Of a stretch of DNA of 58,257 nt, positions 34,988 to 41,540 are shown piece after piece. Both the position numbers and the translations under genes were made by a program. Origin of the DNA: an uncultured Pseudomonadales bacterium (GTDB lineage Bacteria; Patescibacteriota; Microgenomatia; UBA1400; PJMF01); contig CAZZBW010000004.1 of the NCBI GenBank assembly GCA_964653045.1, positions 1 through 58,257 on the forward strand, given 5' to 3'. The notes under the pieces are model-generated. The model saw nothing but the letters and a program-made list of their open reading frames with translations, ran no database searches and was not told the origin of the DNA. Numbering within the stretch: the first letter of the stretch is position 1; each line of letters begins with the position of its first letter.

Positions 34988-35521
34988 GTGGACGTTATGC
35001 TCAGGCCTGTCGTGTACGCGTTCATTGATAGCCAGAATCTCAATCTGGGCGTCAGATCCCAAGGTTGGGTGCTGGACTTCCGCAAGTTTCGGCGATACCT
35101 AACTGATAAGTATAATGTGTCTAAAGCATACTTATTTGTTGGTCACGTACCCGGAAATGAACAGCTGTACACTTATTTGGTCAAATCTGGTTATCTATTG
35201 ATCCTTAAACCAACAACAAATATCAAGTTTCAAGACAAATACAAAATTAAAGGTAATGTTGATGCAGAGTTAGTGTTGTATGCAATGATTTACTATCCAA
35301 ATTATGACAAAGCGATCATTGTTTCTGGAGATGGTGATTTTTACTGTTTAATTAAATATTTAGATGAAAATCATAAATTAGCAAAAATCTTAGTGCCAAG
35401 TGGAAAGTACTCGAGTTTATTAAAACAATTTAATCGAAAAAGTCTAATTGCGCGGGTTGATTTACTAAAATCTATGTTAATAAATAAAAAAGCTGGCATT
35501 CGCGTTCGGTCGAAACCTTAG
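34988..35521 (+). CDS. NYN domain (LabA/DUF88-like) predicted ribonuclease
   Basis: 177 aa. Acidic motifs AFIDSQNL, KGNVDAELVL and IVSGDGDFYCLIKYL match the NYN/LabA-like PIN-related fold. GTG at 34988, with an alternative ATG at 34997. Confidence 0.75.
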   Translation: MDVMLRPVVYAFIDSQNLNLGVRSQGWVLDFRKFRRYLTDKYNVSKAYLFVGHVPGNEQLYTYLVKSGYLLILKPTTNIKFQDKYKIKGNVDAELVLYAMIYYPNYDKAIIVSGDGDFYCLIKYLDENHKLAKILVPSGKYSSLLKQFNRKSLIARVDLLKSMLINKKAGIRVRSKP

Positions 35522-35661
35522 GCTAGTCCAGCTATGGTAATGATTGTATAGTACCACGTACCTGCATACAGTCAAGCTGTAACCAATACCTTGTTACCAC
35601 TAGCTAGATTTTGACTTTTATTCGAACTTGAACGGTAAATTAGAGTAAAATATTGGTACTG

Positions 35662-36605
35662 ATGAAGTTCAAGATCCCGCTCTGGCTCAAGCTAGCTGTC
35701 TCCGTTGGCCTGTTGATTTTTCTATTTAAAAACACCGATCTGAACGAAGCTTGGCGGAACGTGCGCAACGTTCCGCCAACATTGATTCTCCTTGCCCTGT
35801 TTGCCAACCTAGCAGCCATACTGATCAACTCCTACCGCTGGGCGATCATTATCCCCGTCTCGCTAACTTGGCAAAACGTCAAGCCACTAATAATTGCTTC
35901 TTACCTCGGCACTTTTTACTCGGTTTTTTTACCCTCCACACTCGGAGGTGATCTGATCAAGTGGGGGCTGGCGGGTCGACCCGCCAGCCGAGCTCGCACC
36001 GCCACTTCATCTTCATCGATCGCCTGGTTGGCCTAATTTCTTCGACATTACTTTCCCTGATGGCTTTAGCATGTTTGTATTTCTTCAATCAATCATCAGT
36101 TCCTACTCTCATCTTTCAGCTAGTCAGTGGTATCTCACTAGCAATTACGATTGCCATTGTGGCTTGGTCATTATTAGTCAAGATGGCACCCAACTTCCTC
36201 CATCACCTACCCATTCCGGTCAGCCTGAAGGATCCAAGCTTGATGAAAATCTCGTCTAAACAACTTTTTTTCAGCTTGCTGATTACATTTTTTAATCAGC
36301 TGGTGATCGTCAGCTGTTCATACTTGCTCGTAAGGGCTTTCAATATTGATTTAAAGTGGTTTCAGCTGCTGCTGGTGACTCAGCTCAGCTGGCTGGTGGC
36401 GGCCATTCCGATTTCATTTGGTGGATTTGGCACTACTGAGATCAGTTTCGTTTTTCTTGCCAATCTCTTTGGGGCATCGGGGCAGCAAGTTTTATCAATT
36501 GTTTCATTGGGGATAGTCATGCACTTACTGATTATCATTTTTTCTGGCATTATCGGCTGGGCGTTGTTCTTGCCCAGCCGGCCTCAGACAATCAACGCCA
36601 AATAA
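35662..36605 (+). pseudogene. UPF0104 / lysyl-PG-synthase-TM-type flippase-like membrane protein, interrupted by a frameshift near 35965-36015
   Basis: The ORFs 35653..36036 and 35961..36605 are the two halves of one polytopic protein. The first carries the family motif LPSTLGGDLIKW. The second resumes with FIFIDRLVGLISS in the +2 frame relative to the first ORF. The spacing from the GGD Asp codon to the DR Asp codon is 68 nt, which is not a multiple of 3. The shift coincides with a GC-rich perfect 20-nt palindrome. Confidence 0.7.
35968..35987. repeat. Perfect 20-nt palindrome CTGGCGGGTCGACCCGCCAG at the frameshift site
   Basis: Read directly: the sequence equals its own reverse complement. 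It is embedded in an unusually GC-rich stretch of about 48 nt (35961-36008) in an otherwise AT-leaning region. Confidence 0.95.
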
Positions 36606-36661
36606 TTAGACCTGCCAGATCGCAGACAAATTTTGAGAAAAGAGATACAATATCAGCATTG

Positions 36662-37597
36662 ATGAAGCTATTTATCACCATTCCTGCATACAACGAGGCG
36701 ACCACTATTAGCCGAGTGATTAAAGCTCTCCCTAAAAAAATTGCTGGAGCCCAGTCTGTTAAAGTCCTGGTGTGGAATGATGGCAGTAGCGATCAGACAG
36801 CCACAATTGCATCTAAAGCTGGCGCTGATTATGTGTTTTCCAGCAAACGTAACCTTGGCTTAGCTCGTACATTCGACTTAGCCAGCTCAAAGGCTGTTGA
36901 GCTTGGTGCTGACATCATCGTCAACATTGATGCAGATGATCAATACGATCCCGACGAGATTCCCCTACTGATTAAACCAATTCTTGATGATCAAGCCGAT
37001 ATCGTCAATGGTGATCGGCAGATCGATAACTTGAAACACATGCCCAGTGCCAAAAAATACGGCAATCTGCTGGGTAGTTACATTATTCGCAAGCTGACCG
37101 GACTAGAGATTAATGATGCGTCCAGTGGCTTTCGTGCCTACACCGCCCACGCTATCAACCAGCTGTTCGTGTTTTCCCGACATACTTATACTCATGAAAC
37201 CCTGATTCAAGCCGCTTTTGGCGGGCTGACGGTGGCGGAAGTACCGATTACCTTTCGCGCTCGCACCGGCTCCGCTGGTGGCTCGCGCCTCATCTCCAGC
37301 GTCCTCTCCCACATTATCAAGTCTGGCTCGACCATCATCCGCACCATTCTGATGTACCGGGCATTTAAGGTTTTTGTAATAGTTGGGTTGTTTTGGCTAT
37401 TTTGTTCCTTTGTTCTTGGGATTAGGTATTTATATTTCTTACACATTGAACCCGATGCTGGTCATGTCCAATCGTTGATTTTATCTTCGATGCTATTTAC
37501 TATGGGTTTATTTTCAATTTTTATCGGTTTAATTGCAGATTTGATTTCAATTAATCGTAAGATTTACAATAATACTTTCCAACATGGTCTCAAATAA
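36662..37597 (+). CDS. GT2 polyprenyl-phosphate glycosyltransferase (GtrB/CsbB/ArnC/DPM1-like) with two C-terminal TM helices
   Basis: 311 aa from the ATG at 36662. ITIPAYNEATTI, VWNDGSSDQT and NIDADDQYDP (DXD) motifs. Two C-terminal helices (FKVFVIVGLFWLFCSFVLGI; LILSSMLFTMGLFSIFIGLIADLI) match the GtrB-type architecture. Confidence 0.85.
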   Translation: MKLFITIPAYNEATTISRVIKALPKKIAGAQSVKVLVWNDGSSDQTATIASKAGADYVFSSKRNLGLARTFDLASSKAVELGADIIVNIDADDQYDPDEIPLLIKPILDDQADIVNGDRQIDNLKHMPSAKKYGNLLGSYIIRKLTGLEINDASSGFRAYTAHAINQLFVFSRHTYTHETLIQAAFGGLTVAEVPITFRARTGSAGGSRLISSVLSHIIKSGSTIIRTILMYRAFKVFVIVGLFWLFCSFVLGIRYLYFLHIEPDAGHVQSLILSSMLFTMGLFSIFIGLIADLISINRKIYNNTFQHGLK

Positions 37598-39161
37598 TTT
37601 CTCTGCCAATATGAAGCTACAGTTGCAGCGTACCGTACTCGAGTATGCTCCAAGGTTATTGACCCAGCTTGATCGCGACCCATTATCGCCTACTTATGGC
37701 TGTTTTGATCGAAGCTATTGGCACTATAAAATCAGAGACTTTTCATCCATGGTTCTACAGCAAAATATTCTTTCACTCGCATATTTATATCATTATCCAT
37801 TTAAAAACAGTTCATATTACCGTTCTCCGCTCATTCTTGAATTTGTTCATGCGAGTATTAATTACTGGGCTAAAACCCAACACCGAAATGGCGGCTTTGA
37901 TGAATATTGGCCGAATGAGTGTGGATATCCACCACTCGTCTTTTCTACGCACGCTGTGTTGCGGGCTATCATTTTATTAAAGCTGAAAAGTGCACCATAT
38001 AAAAAATTCCTATTAAAAGCTATCTCCCAAATTTCTCAATATCAAGAAAAAAACGCGCTGAATCAAGAAGCCGCAGGTGTTATGTGTCTTTATTATTATT
38101 ATCAGATATTTGGCGATCAAAACATTAAGAAAACTTTTGAGATTCGATTAGAATCCCTACTTAATCGCCAATCAAATGAAGGGTGGTTTCCTGAGTATGG
38201 TGGCGCTGATATAGGTTATTCTAGTGTCTTTTTAAATTACTTATCCGAGCTAGTATCTACTGAATATCACGCGCTAGTTATAGAACCACTCAGTAAGCAA
38301 ATTGAATTTTTACATAACTTTGTCCATCCAGATGGAACTGTCGGAGGTGAGTATGGTAGTCGTAACACCGAGTACTTTTTACTGTCTGGACTTGTGCGGA
38401 TGCAAAAATTTTCTAAACAAGCATCTTGGATGATAAAAAATATTAAATGGAATCTCAATAATTTAGATGATCGCTACTTATATCACTACATTTTTCATTC
38501 CTATATTGAAGGATCATATAATTTATCTGCAATTGCACCAAATTCGTTTGTTATAAAATCACAAGTACATTATTTTCCAGAGTCAGGTTTATACGTAAAT
38601 AAGTCAAGTAGTATATATTTTGTATCGAACTTAAAAAAGGGTGGTGTTTTTAAATTATATCTTAACCAAGTTCTTCATCAAAAATGTGGTGGTTATAGGA
38701 TTAAATCTGGTAATAGTTTTTTTGTAACAAATTGGTTGACAGATGCTGGCTCAGTAAAAATTAATAACTCTATGATTAAATGCTCTACATTTCTTCATAA
38801 AAACAACTTTCAGGTTATTACACCAATTAAACATTGCTTTTTGAGAATGATTGCAGTTCTGCCATATAAACAAACTATTATTTCTTCAATAAAAAAATTG
38901 TTAATACATCAAGACAAACCAACCCCTACTCTTTTCCATCGATCTTTCTCGTTTTCGAATACAAAACTGGTTATAACCGATAGTTTTACACCCCCCCAAT
39001 CTATTAATGCCGATTGGTCTATAGAAGGATCTTTGCGCTTTGTTCCATCAAGTAAATTTTATGATTCATCAGTAAATACAATTAAAGATTCTCATGCGCT
39101 CATTAATTTTCAACCAGGGAAAATGCGCACTTGGGTTATAAAGTATGACAAAAACAAGTAA
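37584..39161 (+). CDS. Hypothetical protein, possibly an (alpha/alpha)-toroid repeat enzyme
   Basis: 525 aa. Recurrent motifs QHRNGGFDEYW, QSNEGWFPEYGGADIGY and HPDGTVGGEYGSRN are spaced about 60-100 aa apart, reminiscent of the QW-type repeats of toroidal enzymes. The C-terminal ~200 aa look beta-rich. 14-nt overlap with the upstream GT2. Confidence 0.35.
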   Translation: MVSNNFSANMKLQLQRTVLEYAPRLLTQLDRDPLSPTYGCFDRSYWHYKIRDFSSMVLQQNILSLAYLYHYPFKNSSYYRSPLILEFVHASINYWAKTQHRNGGFDEYWPNECGYPPLVFSTHAVLRAIILLKLKSAPYKKFLLKAISQISQYQEKNALNQEAAGVMCLYYYYQIFGDQNIKKTFEIRLESLLNRQSNEGWFPEYGGADIGYSSVFLNYLSELVSTEYHALVIEPLSKQIEFLHNFVHPDGTVGGEYGSRNTEYFLLSGLVRMQKFSKQASWMIKNIKWNLNNLDDRYLYHYIFHSYIEGSYNLSAIAPNSFVIKSQVHYFPESGLYVNKSSSIYFVSNLKKGGVFKLYLNQVLHQKCGGYRIKSGNSFFVTNWLTDAGSVKINNSMIKCSTFLHKNNFQVITPIKHCFLRMIAVLPYKQTIISSIKKLLIHQDKPTPTLFHRSFSFSNTKLVITDSFTPPQSINADWSIEGSLRFVPSSKFYDSSVNTIKDSHALINFQPGKMRTWVIKYDKNK

Positions 39162-40497
39162 TTATTATTCAAAACTTCAATCTGAAGTAATTAATCAGGG
39201 TTTATGTACTCATTGTGGTCTATGTGCCGGGATGTCTGCCAACACTCTTAAAATGACTGATACTCCCAGTGGTCCCCTTCCATCCAGGTGCTCAAATAAA
39301 GCACCGATTGTTAATCATGAAGTTTTTCAATCATGCCCTGGAAAAGGCATAAATTATCCCAAACTCAATAAACTTCTTTTTAATAAACTTCCTGACTCAT
39401 GGCTGGTTGGCAACTTTCTCCATAGTTATATTGGTCACTCCACAAGTAAAGAAATTAGACGAATTGGTGCCTCTGGGGGCTTAATTACCCACGTTTGCTT
39501 GTATTTATTAGATAAGGGTTTAGTTGATGGAATTATTATGTCTAGAATGCGATCAGACATCCCGTGGCAACCAGAAACCATTATTGCAACGACTAGCGAG
39601 CAGATAAAGAGTTGCGCGCAGAGTATATATCAACCAATACCTGTTCTAGAAATAATTAATCAGCTTAAAAAATTTACTGGAAAAGTTGCTATGGTTGGCT
39701 TACCTGACCAGGTGGGTGCAGTTCGGTCCATGCAAACACAAGGAAATTTACTAGCTAATAAAATTTCCTTCATTATTGGGCCATATGTTGGCACTAATAT
39801 GTATTTTGAGTCGATTAAAAGCTTCTTGCGTAGTAACGGAGTATCGGACTTCAAATCTATAAAAAAATTGAACTACCGTGATGGCGAATGGCCGGGATAT
39901 CTATCAATTACCTTAAAAAATGGTCGAAGATTTACAGCAGAGAAATTCTATTATAATTATTTAATCCCTTTTTTTATTACAAGATCGTCACTTACCTCAA
40001 TTGATTTAACTAATGAATTAACTGATATATCTGTGGGAGATGCCTGGAACCCAACTTATGAGAAGAAAGGTCAAGGTTTCTCTGTAGTTATCGCTAGATC
40101 TAAACGCGGATTAGAAATTCTTAAAGAGATGAAAATCAATAAATTGATTTCTTTAAATGAAATTGATCTTCAACAAACTATTAAGATGCACGCTCATATG
40201 ATTGAATTCAAAAAAAGAGGTGCTTTCATTAGACTGAAGTTGAGAAAGTTCTTTAGTTTAAATTCACCAGAATATGGTTATAAAATTACAAATATCCCGT
40301 TGGTAAGAATTGTGATAGAACTTATTATCAGTGGTATCTTTGCTGTATGCAAATTAGGAATAGTAAAAAAGATTATGGAATTAATTCCAATTAAAATTCT
40401 GGGTAAAGTATTCAACTTTATTCGCATCAATTGGAAAAAGGTTACTAAATCATCGAAACGTAAAGGACTAGTTAGTTTTACTTATGAAGTGGAATAG
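39145..40497 (+). CDS. Coenzyme F420 hydrogenase/dehydrogenase beta-subunit family (FrhB/FdhB-like) Fe-S flavoprotein
   Basis: 450 aa. N-terminal cluster motif CTHCGLCAGMS, plus GASGGLITHVCLYLLDKGLVDGII and VGLPDQVGAVR..., are typical of the FrhB_FdhB N and C domains. The C-terminus has a hydrophobic helix (VRIVIELIISGIFAVCKLGIV). Confidence 0.7.
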   Translation: MTKTSNYYSKLQSEVINQGLCTHCGLCAGMSANTLKMTDTPSGPLPSRCSNKAPIVNHEVFQSCPGKGINYPKLNKLLFNKLPDSWLVGNFLHSYIGHSTSKEIRRIGASGGLITHVCLYLLDKGLVDGIIMSRMRSDIPWQPETIIATTSEQIKSCAQSIYQPIPVLEIINQLKKFTGKVAMVGLPDQVGAVRSMQTQGNLLANKISFIIGPYVGTNMYFESIKSFLRSNGVSDFKSIKKLNYRDGEWPGYLSITLKNGRRFTAEKFYYNYLIPFFITRSSLTSIDLTNELTDISVGDAWNPTYEKKGQGFSVVIARSKRGLEILKEMKINKLISLNEIDLQQTIKMHAHMIEFKKRGAFIRLKLRKFFSLNSPEYGYKITNIPLVRIVIELIISGIFAVCKLGIVKKIMELIPIKILGKVFNFIRINWKKVTKSSKRKGLVSFTYEVE

Positions 40498-40867
40498 TAT
40501 AATTACTAGTCAATTAATTAAGTTTGGATGGCTTAGGGTTGCATCATTCTTTCTTTCCCTTTTTTTTATGCATTTATTTCATGTCACACTATCAATAGAA
40601 GAACGAACAGCTTATGCAATGGTTTTGCTGATATTACTCATTATTAGTTATTTTATATCTGCAATTTGGGTATTTCATACAACTCTAACTAAGCGAACAT
40701 TTTTTCAATACTTTGGCTATATTGGTTTAATTTCAATAATATCAGTACCTCTTTTTGATTTTTTAAGTTCTAAGTTACATGTAAATTACTTATTCAATAC
40801 AATAATTTCATTAGGATTGGTGTTCGTATTAAAATTTATAGTATTAAAAAATAATGTTTTTAAATAA
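40484..40867 (+). CDS. GtrA-like small 4-TM membrane protein (putative polyprenyl-P-sugar flippase component)
   Basis: 127 aa with four hydrophobic helices. The paired motifs YFISAIWVFH and KFIVLKNNVFK match the GtrA family pattern (...WVF at the ends of TM2 and TM4). Confidence 0.7.
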   Translation: MKWNSIITSQLIKFGWLRVASFFLSLFFMHLFHVTLSIEERTAYAMVLLILLIISYFISAIWVFHTTLTKRTFFQYFGYIGLISIISVPLFDFLSSKLHVNYLFNTIISLGLVFVLKFIVLKNNVFK

Positions 40868-40940
40868 TTAATATTACAATTTAGTTTTTGAAAGAAATTC
40901 AATATTAATAATTGGATTGGAATATTTTCAAACGACCCCT

Positions 40941-41399
40941 ATGAAAAACGCCTTATCAAATAAAAAAGTTTTTGTTAGTGGCTGCTATGATTTAATTCAT
41001 AGTGGTCACATACATTTTTTCGAACAAGCATCTCGATATGGAGATCTTTATGTCTCAATAGCATCAAATAAAACCATTTTGGATCTAAAAAAAAGAAAAC
41101 CGATTACGACTGAAAATGAAAGACTATTTCACATTCGATCAATTAAATACGTCTTTAAAGCTTTTGTTTCCAGAGGCACTGGAATGATGAACTTTCTAGA
41201 AGATTTTATAAAAATTGAACCAGATTTTTTTGTAGTCAACGAAGATGGCGACAAGTCAGAAAAAAAACAACTTTGTCATAAGTATGGAGTTAATTATATT
41301 GTTTTAAAGCGAGAACCAAAAAAGGGACTTCCAGCCCGTTCCTCATCTGAGTTATATACTTTAATTGCATCGACTGAATCTGATGCCTTTGAGCAGTGA
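40941..41399 (+). CDS. Cytidylyltransferase-family nucleotidyltransferase (TagD / RfaE-domain-II-like)
   Basis: KKVFVSGCYDLIHSGHIHFFEQA matches the (T/H)xGH signature of the CTP_transf_like fold, and the size is similar to TagD. The ORF-track start 40917 is TTG, so the ATG at 40941 was used. Confidence 0.75.
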   Translation: MKNALSNKKVFVSGCYDLIHSGHIHFFEQASRYGDLYVSIASNKTILDLKKRKPITTENERLFHIRSIKYVFKAFVSRGTGMMNFLEDFIKIEPDFFVVNEDGDKSEKKQLCHKYGVNYIVLKREPKKGLPARSSSELYTLIASTESDAFEQ

Positions 41400-41540
41400 T
41401 CAAATATGACAACCTCATTTTTATCAAGCGGTCTTTTTGTACTTTTATTTAATTTGATATCTTCAGGATCTCTTTCAGTTTTGGTTAACCTAGGAAGAGG
41501 AGTTGGCTACAGTTCTCTTCATGTAATTGTCTAATACATT

